In this document: piece by piece, positions 1 to 10,866 of the stretch
How the letters are laid out: the number at the start of each line of letters is the position of its first letter
Numbering within the stretch: the first letter of the stretch is position 1
Source: Heterodontus francisci
Taxonomy: Eukaryota
DNA length: 64,000 nt
NCBI RefSeq assembly: GCF_036365525.1
Contig: NC_090399.1
Location: forward strand, 20,036,529-20,100,528
Reading direction: 5' to 3'
Translations under genes and position numbers: made by a program
Notes under the pieces: generated by a model
Told to the model about the DNA's origin: nothing
The model's input: the letters and a program-made list of their open reading frames with translations, nothing else
The model's database searches: none

Positions 1-46
1 AATCATGTGCTACTACTGCGGCTTCCTTTATTTTACAAACTTCATT

Positions 47-420
47 TTTTAAAATTTGTTTGTGGGATGTGGGCGTTGCTGGCGAGGCCAGCATTTATTG
101 CTCATGCCTAATTGCCTTAGAACTGAGTGGCTTCCTCGGCCATTTCAAAGGGTTTTTTTTGTGTCTGGAGTCACATGGAGGTCAGACCACGTAAGGATGG
201 CAGATTTCCTTCCGAAAAGGACATTAGTGAACCAGATGGGTTTTTATAACAATCGACAATGGTTTCATGGTCACAATTAGACGAGCTTTTTAATTCCAGA
301 ATTGTGAAGAAAATTCAAACTTCACCTTCTCCTATGGTGGGATTCGATCCCATCTCCCCAGATTTTTAGTTTGTGCTCTGGAATACTAGTTTAATGACAT
401 TAACACTCTGCCGCGACCTC
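47..420 (-). mobile_element. tRNA-derived SINE (copies at ~16755-17130, ~38403-38780, partial at ~63552)
   Basis: B-box-like ggatcgaatccc on the minus strand; 3' end resembles the LINE fragment at ~6930-7000. Confidence 0.6.
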
Positions 421-574
421 CCCCATGTTGTTTCATTTGGAAACTTACTCCTGAACGAATAATATGTTTCAAATCTTCCATCAGAATTACTTCCCTCAGG
501 CTCTCAAAGTCTTGTGCCATCTTTATTGACCTATACCACCTATCAAATTCAATCGTGTCTTTCAACAGGAAATA

Positions 575-695
575 GGATAAATACTTGAAGGGAAAAGAAA
601 TGCGAGTAGAGGGGGAAAGGACTGGATGTGGGACTAGATAAATTGCTCTTGCAGAGAGTAGGCACGGGCTTGATGGGCCGAATCACCTCCTTCAC
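575..695 (+). mobile_element. Old CR1 3'-end fragment
   Basis: gcacgggcttgatgggccgaatcacctcct terminal hairpin motif. Confidence 0.45.
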
Positions 696-1849
696 GAGGA
701 GTGACAACGCCCATTAAGGCCCGATCACTCACTAATCGAGGAAGAGGTCTTGCAAATAAAGATGTGTTGAGGCTGGAGGACACATCCTGCAGGTTTCTTG
801 TCTAATTTACAGTGTGCCCGTTCTGAACGAAATCTCACACTGACACACAATGCATCGCAAAATTCAGCTGCTTTCAGCTGACGCTCATCAGTCTTTGCTT
901 GACCTCAGTCCTAAATACTAATTCTTGACCTTCTGTTCTATTTCAGGGCAATGGAATGTGCCCAGAACCGGAGGTGTGGGAAATGGGTTGCACTTGTGAT
1001 CATGCGGAAGCACCCACGCTTACTTCCGCAAGCATCAGCTCAGAGACTTGCATTGCCAGTACTTTAGTTGGTATGCAAGATGGTTATGGACTGTTCGACT
1101 CAAGGAGCACCAGAGAATGGAAAATGGGTAGCGGGATAGGATGGTTAGTAAGGGGCTTTCTGCAGGAAGAGCTAACATCTTAAAGAGCACAGCTGAAGAT
1201 TTCGAGGACACAGTCAACATTCAAAAACTGATTCCTATTTACCAGGGCTATTTCAGTTCTTTGGGCAGCCTGCCTGCGATTCGACACACAATGACAGAGA
1301 GCATGGAAAAATCCAGCTCCAGCTATTGGTGGGCGTGGTGTGGGGGTGGGGGCGCAAGAGGGGGAGGCGTGTGTGTTTGTGAGGGGTGGGGTGGGCGTGT
1401 GTATGGATCATTCAGAACGGTTTTAACACCTTAATGTCGAGAATGGAGTGAGACAATTGAAGTCAACGGAACTGAGTATTGGATGGGGCGCATAAAGGGC
1501 AGTCGATTCCATGCCACCCACATTGCTTTCATGCCGAAGGTGAACTATTATCCTGTCGATATATAGACTGCTTTAGGGAAATAGCAGATCCACCTTGTAT
1601 TCCTGCTGATTTATATTATTCCTTTTCAGGAATGCATCAAAGACAGCCTGCGCGACAATTAAACTGTTTCTTACAGGACAGACATCAACAACGACCTGCG
1701 AGGACACAAACCAGGCAGAACCACTTTTGCTGCCTTTTCTTCCAGATGCCGCTATTCAGTGCTATTGAAGTCAAGTAGATTGAATATCGGCAGGGGCATG
1801 TAATGAGCCACCAATGCAATGTCACCTGCTTTGTCAATATCCACCCCCG

Positions 1850-2200
1850 TGTACTTGTATGGCATGTTTAATGCAGAAAACCATCCCAAAGCACTTCAGA
1901 GAGGCCGAATCAAATAATAATAGATATTGAACCAAGAGTAATTCTGAGAATAGGATTGGTCAAAAAGGTGGGTGTTAGGGACTGTCTTAAAGCAGTTGAG
2001 GGATAGTGAGGTGGAGCGGTTTAGAGCAGCAATTCCACAGAGCGGTTGTCTGTGGCTCCAGGTTTGACAGCAAGAGGGGATCGAATGGGGAGTCTTTGCT
2101 GAAGAGGTCGTAATTGAAGAGGGAGGACAGTTGGGATGTTAGGCATGGAGCAGGTCACAGGAATAGAAAGAGAGAATAGGCTGAAGTTCAGGGAGGGTGG
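1850..2200 (-). mobile_element. Degenerate L2 3' fragment (all complete units)
   Basis: Resembles the reverse complement of the L2 end at 9880-10100. Confidence 0.5.
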
Positions 2201-2685
2201 CTAATCGGAACATGGACAGGAATAATCGGCGTAGCTTTGACGTTAGACCATTGTGTAAAACCTGTGGTATGGAGTGCACCACTCGGGAAGAAGCTCTCCT
2301 GATTTTTTTTTCCAACAAAGTCGAAATTACCCCACTTAGCTCTGCTGGTGTCAAAGGCATGAACCAGGGTTTGAGCGTCTGATGCATTGACGAAAAGCTG
2401 GAGTTCGACAACATTAAGACGGTGAAACTTGTCGGTCTATATCCATTTCTCGGTTCAACCTAAACCCAATGTCCCATTAACGCTGAGCTGCTGCAATCAA
2501 AATGCAGCAACGGAGCAAGAGTCTCAGAGGCGAGGATTTTTTCAGTCTGAGATTGCACACTGTTTTTAATTCTCTGGGGATCGGGGAGTTCACGTTAATT
2601 GCTGGTTTATGAAGAGATGTAGTAACTTGTTTGTTTGAAAGCATCTAGCTAATGACACCGGTTCTGTGACCTCACTCTCTCACTG

Positions 2686-2730
2686 GACGATTGGCTCGTG
2701 TATAAATGAGGTTGTTTCAGTGCATTGCCT
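2686..2730 (+). promoter_or_regulatory. Candidate core promoter (TATAAA at 2701, reverse CCAAT at 2690) upstream of GPCR copy 1; also present in copies 2 and 3
   Basis: TATAAATGA 60 nt before the ATG; motif match only. Confidence 0.3.
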
Positions 2731-2760
2731 CGTATCTACCGCTCCTGGTTTTCGGAGAAA

Positions 2761-5700
2761 ATGGGACGACAGGCACTTCCGATAGAAATGTTGTATCCGA
2801 TTCTCGCAGTTATTGGCATTCCTGGTAAGTAATTCGAAACTATCCTGAAAAATTTAGTGCACAATTGCTAAACTGCATTATTATTTTCCCTGCGTGTTTT
2901 TGTTATTGTCGTTGTTGCCTTTGTGGCGGTAATTTGCATTGGCCAGGTGGTAAAGTCGAGCAATCGATCGCTCGCCCATTGATGAGTTCGTCCGATTTTC
3001 GTTCCCTTTGATGTTTATGTTAATGGCTCAGTCCTGTTCTATATCACTGGGCGGGCAGTCAATCCCTCCGCATTACAAAGTGAAAATGGACCCTGTGTCA
3101 TTTGTACTGAGCTGTGGCTCTGTCGGTCGAAATCTCTGTTTTGAGTCGGATAATCTTGCGTTTCCCTCCCATTTCAGTGAGTTGAGTTCATACTGTAAGC
3201 TGCCATTTTGGTGCAATATTGATGAAGTGATGCTATATTGTCGAATTATAGAATTGTTACAGCACAGAAGGAAACCATTCATCACGTCGTGTCCATGCCA
3301 GTTCTCAGCGAGTACAGCACAGCTCATCCCATTCCCCTGTCTTTCCCCCTGAGCCCAGCATTTTTCTCTTCAGATAAATATTCAATTCCCTTTTGAAAGC
3401 CACAATTCAATCTGCCTTCAGGCAGTGGATTCCAGATCCGAACCATTCACTGCGTAAGATAACTTTTCCTCCCCTTTGATTCTTTCACCAAACGCCTTAA
3501 ATCGGTGTCCTCTGAAATTCGACCCTCCCGCCAATGGGAACAGATTCTCTCTATCTATTCTATCCAGTCCCCTCATGATTTTGAATACCTCTCAATATTG
3601 CACCTCTCAAATCTCCTCTCAATTATCTCTTCTTTAAGCAGAATAGTCCCAACAGAACAGTAAATGAAGTCCCTCATCCCCAGAACCATTTTGTAAATAT
3701 TTTCTGCACTCTCTTCAATGCTTTCACGTCCTTCCTAAAGCGTGGTGCCCAGAATTGTATAGAATACTCCAGCTGAGGCCGAGCCAGTGTTTTATAATGG
3801 CCCGACATTAACTTCCTTGTTTTTCTACCCTATGCTGCGATCTATAAAGCCCAGGATCCGTAATCCTTATTTACCACTTTCTCAACCTGCCCTGTCACCT
3901 TCAACGATTTGTGCTCATACACCCGTCCCCCACATCCCCGCCAGAACCCTCTGCTCCTGAACCTTCTTTAGAATTGTTTATCCATTATTTTATATTGCCT
4001 TTCCTCATTCTTGAAATCATCTTTTTATGAGACGTTAAAAAATAACTGATTTAATTTTAATAAAAATGCAGTACTGGTTCAGCTGGATACAATCATCATA
4101 CTGCTAAATGTTGAATTAAATCTAGTACTATTCACGTATGGGGTAACTTTCACTTTGTATTAACATCAATGCGCAAAAAAGACGGAAGGGCTGTAAAATA
4201 CGGGGCCCATTTGATATCAATTGCTTTTGTTTTTTTTGCACGGCAATGAAAGTTAAAAATGTTCCCAATGTTTCTATTTGCATTGAAAGGGAGATAAAAC
4301 AGCATTAATCAGTAATAGGCAAGGAATGTTTATACGTTTTAACCGAATCGAACCGTAAAAAACTGATGGCATTGGATGCAACTCTGATTTTACCTGTCGC
4401 CCGATTTTCTTCTCTATTGAAGTCACTGTGAACAACATTGGGCGGAACGAGCATCCCATAGAATCCGTCAGCATCCGGCCCAGCAAGTTACTTCCAAATG
4501 GCTCCCATTAATGGTTTCATATTAGAATATCATGAAGTTACCGCAGGGAAAAAATGTCTGGCAAGAAGATGGGGAAGTTTGCAGCAGCTGCTATGTGACA
4601 ATTTGTTCCAATCCAGGTTAACTATCAGCTTTATTGTGCAATGGGTAATATTGAATTCACCGCCCCTTGTACATTCAGCCTGTTACTCTCTTCCAATGAC
4701 TTCCATGGAAAAAAAATGGATGGCCAATTAGATACCGCTATTTGACCCGGTCACACATGGTTAAAATTACCCCCGGTTCCTCCACGCCACAACTCCCAGC
4801 CTTATGATGCTGAACACCAGATTTCCAACTTGCTGTCAGTGTACATCTCTGTTGAATGTTTTGTTAAATTTCCTGTTTTTGCATTTCTCCCAGCAAACCT
4901 GCTGTCATTTCTGGTTCTTTTCCAGAGGAACTGCGGTCTTTCCAAAGGAATCACTCGTTATATGATGGCCATGGCCGTGGGAGACCTCATGGTCCTTATC
5001 TTTAATGTTATTGTGAGCCAAATCATCAAGTATCATTTTCCAGATTCATTGCTGAACTACACTTCCGCGTGTCGTTTTACTGTCTTCATGCAAGGGTTTA
5101 GCATTCAGCTCTCTATCTGGTTCACAATGTCGTTCACCTTTGACCGTTTTGTCGCAATTTGTTGCCAGAAATTGAAATCAAGATATTGCACCGAAAGGAC
5201 AGCCACCACGGTTATAACGGCCATGTGTGTGCTCAACATTTTGATCAATATTCCCATGCCTTTCCGCTATGAGCCCGATTACATGCTCAACAATATGCAG
5301 TGGGGCTGCCGCACCGTCACAGGATATTTTACTTCACCCGCATGGAAGGTTCACCAATGGATTACCAATCTCTCAAGTACATTACTTCCAATTCCTTTTC
5401 TGCTGCTGTTGAACTCTCTCATCGTCAGGCACATTTTATTAGCCAGTAGAGCTCGCAAAGCCCTGAAGAGCAACAACAATGGAAAAACCGGCAGTGATCC
5501 CGAGATGAAGAACAGAAGAACATCCATCATTCTACTCTTTGCTATCTCGGGCACTTTTATTGTGTTGTCGGCCCCTATTACCGTAATACACATCTGTGTC
5601 GGTGTCACACAGACACTCGATTTCCAAGGTTCAAACTCACTTTATTTGGCAATTAGAATCACATTTCTGTTGATGTGCACCAGCTCCTGTACAAACACTT

Positions 5701-5792
5701 GTATTTATGCACTGACACAGAGGAGATTCAGAGCGGAGATCAAAAATATGGTGAAATATCCGTGTTATCTCATTGTTAAATTATTTAAATAA
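2761..5792 (+). CDS. GPR139/GPR142-like class A GPCR, copy 1 (exons 2761-2824 and 4894-5792; 320 aa)
   Basis: Exon 1 encodes MGRQALPIEMLYPILAVIGIP and ends G|gtaagt; acceptor tttctcccag|CA is phase 1 and restores P-A-N-L. Seven hydrophobic helices, TM2 GDL, TM3 FDRFVAIC, TM3/ECL2 cysteines, TM7 NTCIY; AATAAA at 5799. Confidence 0.9.
3247..4010 (-). mobile_element. Old CR1 3' fragment in the GPCR intron (also ~19952-20725 and ~41602-42365)
   Basis: HYKTLARPQLEYSIQFWAP.FRKDVKAL; ttctat tail. Confidence 0.8.
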
Positions 5793-5798
5793 TTGTTG

Positions 5799-5804
5799 AA
5801 TAAA
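5799..5804 (+). terminator. Candidate polyadenylation signal AATAAA just after the GPCR stop (same in copies 2 and 3)
   Basis: taattgttgAATAAAgt; motif match only. Confidence 0.3.
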
Positions 5805-6099
5805 GTAAGTGATATCAAACTTCAATTAATTGCCTGGCATTTTCCTTGCAACTTTGCACAATGTCTTTTAAAGTTCTAAGGGCAACACAACCCACAGTTT
5901 GGAAGAGTCCACTTGATTTATAAATTCCACTAAGAATTTGAATAAGTTGAGGAGGCAGAATCACCCCCTTCAGAATCTCTGGTTACGGTTGTTTATCCGG
6001 TTATTAATGTCCACGCACTTGGAATGCCGAATTGGAGGATGATGTGACATAGCAGAGCACCTTGACAGGTTCAAATAATAAAGATCTTTCAACACACTG

Positions 6100-6900
6100 A
6101 CATCCGAATTTGGAGCAGGAGTAGGCCTGTCATTCCTTCGAGCCTGCTCCGCCATTTGATAAGATCATGGCAGATCTGGTTATGGCCTCAAATTTCCTGT
6201 CTACCTGATGTAACGCTGACTCCCGTATCAATCAGGATTCTATCTAAAACAGCACCTCAAGAGTCAGATCACCATGAAATACAATGGGATATTGTGTTTG
6301 ATGGCAGGTGTTATGGAATATAAATATAGAGATTTAGTGGTGAATCTCTCCCAGACTTTTGTGAGACCAAACCCGCAGTATTTTGTGCTCTTTTGGACTC
6401 AACACTGTTGGCCAATTTGGATGTAATAGTGAGGACACAGCGTAGTAAACTCACTAGCAAGATGTCGGACATGAATAAATCCAAATATGAAAAATGAGTT
6501 CGTTCTCAATCAGAAGAGAAGAGATTTCAGGCTGAATTAATAGAGATAGTTGCAGTAATGAAAGCCTGGAGCAGAATAGATAGATGCAACGATTGATGGG
6601 TCTATCAGCAGTGAACATAGATCTTGAGAGTAAATGAAAGAGATTTAGGACAGAGAACAGAAGAAACTTTGTGACACCTAGAATTGTGAAGCTGTGACTT
6701 GGATTTTTGGAGTTATTGATTGAAGCAGAGACTGTGACAACTTTAACGGGTTTGATATGATGTTTAAAGACCAATGAATAAAGTAATATTGGAGCAGTGC
6801 GACCAGATATGATTAAAACTATTGCTTATGTAGATGACAAATACAGACATGGGTTGATCTGCCCCAACGACCTGCTTTCGTGTTGCAATTTCTATGAAAT
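6100..6900. mobile_element. Old CR1 3'-end fragments (6100-6250 minus; 6560-6900 plus)
   Basis: ggagcaggagtaggcc...tcgagcctgctcc; gagatttaggacagag...gaaactt; tttctatg tail. Confidence 0.45.
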
Positions 6901-6929
6901 TCATTTTTTCGTGTGGTAATTGATTTGTT

Positions 6930-7500
6930 TTCTTCTGCTGGCAAGACTTCATGTTTGGCCAATTCCTTGCAGCCCTGAGGATGTGATGGCCAGCCTTCAA
7001 TTTTACCTGCTGCTCTCCTTCTGATGGTGCAGCAGCGATGATGCCAGGAAGGGAATCCCAGGATACAGATACAGCGACCATGAACAAATTGTGACATATG
7101 TCTAAGCAAGAATGGTATGTGACTTACAAATGATGATGTTCCAATGACATTTTGTCCCTGTGTTTCTCGGTGGGAGAGGTTACAGGTGAGGAAGGTCCTG
7201 TCGAATTAAACTTGATGGCTTGCTGCAGTGCATCCGATAAACTGTATTTTCAGGAACCATTGTGTGTCAGCTGCAGAGGGAAGGACACTGAGCTCAGGGA
7301 CATGGGCACTGATGAAGGGAACTGCTCTGTCCCGTATGAGATCGAGCTTCTTGAGTTGTATAGTTCCTGCACCCATCCTGTCGATTGGTCTATATTCCCT
7401 CACACACCTGACATGTGGCCTTTACTTGATGTTGAGGATTTGGAACGGGATCGGGGTGAAGGGAGAGGTGCGAGCGGATGTGTGCCACTCTGAGACGCTG
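6930..7500 (-). mobile_element. Degenerate LINE ORF2 C-terminal / 3' UTR fragment
   Basis: REYRPIDRMGAGTIQLKKLDLIRDRA resembles the MEY..LAW..A..T.LKKLD.IQ..A block of CR1-group ORF2. Confidence 0.5.
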
Positions 7501-8759
7501 TGGTACTGATAGTTAGCGGGTAAAACAATATCAAATTGATGCAGTACGTATTGCTCTTCTGAGATTTCAACCGAAGAAATGGGTTGCAGCAAAGTCGAGG
7601 AAGTTTCTTCAGTCTCCATTTAAGCTGTGCTCCAGCTGACCTCAGCGTGTCTCCACGCAAAACTGTGAAAATTCTTGGCAATGCTTACAAGCTCAATCAG
7701 GCTGATCATGTAAGACATTCTATTCTCTCATTAATAGTGAATCTTTTACAAAGGCAATGAATAAAACGGATCTGGTGGCTACCTTAACACGGTGCAGGGT
7801 TGGCACCCCAACGTTCTCCCGGCGTCGGGTTCCCGACCCCCAGAAGGAAAATCCTTTTCACCAAAAGGAGGCACGGTTGACTTGGCAACAAGTCCACTGT
7901 CACACTGAGGCCCTGTCACTAACTGAAAAACGACAGGTGGGAAACCTTCCAGCGCTCTCGACAAGTCTTTTCTTTTCCCCTTGCAGAATCTGCGTTTCCA
8001 GTTTTTTTTTTTAACTTTCTGTCGTTTGGAAATCCCACAGACGATGTTCCAATCTTCATTCTCAATATGGATGGGATAACCAGCGGGATTCCTGCAGAAA
8101 TAATTTCCCTATCCCTCTCCACGTTATGGCAGGAGATGGGGAGAACCCACCCACAACCACATCCTCTCCCACCCATTGGAAATTCCATCCCTCAAAAATA
8201 TTTCTTCTGGCAGAATATTTCGGAGCTGTGTCATATTGTTCTTGTATTTGACAGAGAGTTGGACCTTGTGACTGAGAAACTGCAGGTATGTTTCAGGCCG
8301 TTGACCCAATATAAATGGCCTCCTTCATTTTGCAGCACATCTCATGACCTTGGGTTTCTACTTGCTTTTGGCTTGACCAAATATTCTCGTTTCGCCCTCG
8401 TTCCTGCTCTCGAGCAGTGGCTTTTACTGAATTTTCTTTTCTTCACATAACTCAGATATGACATGATCACCCATTTTGCAGCATTATCCAAATTTAAAAT
8501 TGCACCGCCACCACCGCACAACTCCCCTCATCCCTCGCTCAGTTCCAATCCTAGCAGAAACCATTCTGTCCTTTTTCAGCGTGGTAGCATTCTTGCCTCC
8601 TCGTCAGAACGTCACCAGAGACTTAAATGCACAATCTAGGCTGCCGCTCCAGTGAGGGAGTGCTGCACTGTCGTAGGTGCTATCTTGTGGATGAGACATT
8701 AAACCAAGGCCCTGCCTGCCCTCTCAGGTGGACGGAAAAGACGCTGTGTCACTATTTTA

Positions 8760-10110
8760 AGGACTTCACCCCTTCCTCGGCTCTTCGGCTGCTGAAACCC
8801 TCATCCAGGACTTTGTTACCTCTAGACTTGACTATTCCAATGTTCTTACGACCAGTCTTCCACATTCTTCCCTCATAAATTTGAGGGCATCCGAAACCTT
8901 GCTCCCCACGTCTGAAGACACACCAATTCCTGTTCACCAACACCCCTGTGTTTGCTTACTCATTTTGGCTATCAGTTTAGTAATAAATTGATTTTAAAAT
9001 TCCCATCCTTGTTTTCAAATGCCACCATGGTCTCACCCCTCCCTATCTCTGTAATCTCCTACAGCCCCACAACCCTCTGGGATATCTACACTGCCCGACC
9101 TGAACCCGATGGGACCTGACATGTGTCTGGTCACTCTTCTGGGCCCGTTTTTCGGGATTATGTCGGGTCTGAGTCAGACACACACAGTATTAATTGGACT
9201 TGAAAGGTTGTTTAAAAGGATTAAGATTGGAGCCATGAAGTCAGTGATTGTTTGGTCACAAGGTAAACAGAAACCCATGGAGTTGTGCCCATTCAGGTTG
9301 TGCCACGCTGTACCAGTATCCGCATTGCTTAAAATAAAGACCTCAATTGCCCGAAGGCTCAGAAAATATCATTATACATTAACTAGACTCCTGCTTTACA
9401 GGTCGAAATACTTGCTGTAAGTTTATCCAGTGAGCAGCTGAGATGCCGAGACCAGGAAGGTCCTGAGTGATTAATTATTATTACAGTACTGTACTGTATG
9501 TGTGGTAGAATGGAGTCCTGACAGTGATCATTTTATATTTTTTTATATAAATACTGTATATTTTATAATAATTAATCTCTCAGGACCTTCCTGGTCTCTG
9601 CATCTCAGCTGCTCACTGGATAAACTTGCAGCAAGTATTTCAACTGAAAAAGTGAAAAACAGATTCGGAGTTGGAAGGTAGGTAAAGTGAACATTCCGTT
9701 GGTCGGGTTGGGTCGGACTCGGGTCGGGTTGGGCATGGGAAAAAATGGATGGACTCAGACCAGGTTGGGCTCGGGTATGATGTGGTTCTGTTGTTTTTTT
9801 TTTCAGACCCGAGCAGGCCTTTCATCTACGCTTCTCTGATTCTGGCCTCGTGAGCTCCAACATTGGTGGCTGTGACTTCAGGTGCCTAGCCCCAAGCTCT
9901 GGAATTCCCTCACTCAACCTCTCCACTTCTCTCTCCTCCTTAAAGAAATTCATTAAAAACCTACCACTCTGACCAAGCTTTTGGTCATCAGCTATAATAT
10001 CATCTTATGTCACTTGGTCAAAGTTTGCTTATAATGCTCTTGTGAAGTGCCTTGTGATGTTATATTACATTAAAGGTGCAATATAAATGCAAGTTGTTTT
10101 TGTTGTTGTT
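8760..10110 (+). mobile_element. L2 LINE 3' fragment, itself interrupted at 9092-9823
   Basis: AETLIQDFVTSRLDYSN, IDFKI, PKLWNSL; (TGT)n tail. Confidence 0.8.
9092..9823. mobile_element. Non-autonomous hAT-like DNA transposon with an internal inverted repeat (unit 2: 25807-26538; unit 3 partial: ~46821-47170)
   Basis: 8-bp near-perfect TSD atctacac/atctacgc; cccga/tcggg subterminal repeats; interrupts a continuous L2 sequence. Confidence 0.55.
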
Positions 10111-10604
10111 GAAGAAGACTGGGGGTGTTCTCCCCAATTTCACTAAAACAGATGATCTAGTCATTTATCTCATTGCTGTTTGTGGGAGTTTGCTGCTGTG
10201 TGTAAACTGGATGCTGCATTGTCTACATTTCAAGAGTGACTGCATTTCAAAAAGGAGTCGAATTGGCTGTGATGCACTTTTGGATGTCCTGGGGTGGTGA
10301 AAGCTGATTTATAAATGGACATCTTTCAGGTCTTGCTTTACTGAAGACCAGCGTGGTCTGAAATGCTCAGGAAGATGACTGTGCATACAAACGAACAATT
10401 CAAAGGTCAGGTGCATCAGAAGGGAAAAACTCAGGTAGCAGAGACACTGAGAGATATATGAAGCAGGAAAGCAAATTTGAATCAAAACAAGGGAAAGTGT
10501 ATTAGCACACTTCCAAATAGAAATAATCAGAATAAGTATAGACAATCAAAACTGTTAGGAATCAATTCACAGAAGTCATCCAAATACTTGGTTCGATTAC
10601 AGGC

Positions 10605-10865
10605 ATCACACAGGCACACTCACACACACTCACACATAGAGTAACACACACAGGTTGGAGTGTGTCACAAAGAGTAACACACGGGGCGGAGTGAGTCTCT
10701 CACACACACAGAGTAACACAAAGGCTGGAGTGTGTCAAACACACACAGAGTAACACAAAGGCTGGAGTGTGTCACACAACATGACACGCAGGTTGGAATT
10801 TGCAAACACACTAAGCAACATACAGGCAGGGTCAGGCACACAAACAGAGTAACACATAGGCTGGG
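10605..10865 (+). repeat. CA-rich ~35-bp minisatellite, block 1 (also ~27320-27578 and ~47960-48222)
   Basis: Unit cacagagtaacacacaggctggagtgtgtcaca. Confidence 0.85.
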
Positions 10866-10866
10866 G

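Larger units (their letters stand above)
8575..10328 (+). mobile_element. Deu-domain SINE (SacSINE1-like) split into 8575-8760 and 10110-10328 by an L2 insertion (also units 2 and 3)
   Basis: tRNA head, core gtgctgcactgtcgtaggtgctatcttgtggatgagacattaaacc; continuation ctcattgctgtttgtggga...ggctgtgatgcacttttgga. Family recognised from memory. Confidence 0.6.

Noticed and set aside
935-1330. Exon-like segment after ttctatttcag
   Set aside because: Frame not preserved in unit 3, mostly deleted in unit 4; probably degenerate transposon-derived sequence.
4140-4774. Possible Harbinger-like MITE (ggggtaa...aaaattacccc) in the intron; similar end at ~8190
   Set aside because: Only ~11-bp terminal match and no convincing TSD; cannot be supported without a library search.
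4830-4893. ORF-track N-terminus MLSVYISVECF... of the GPCR (also 21545 and 43186)
   Set aside because: TTG start within intronic polypyrimidine sequence; the real N-terminus comes from the upstream exon.
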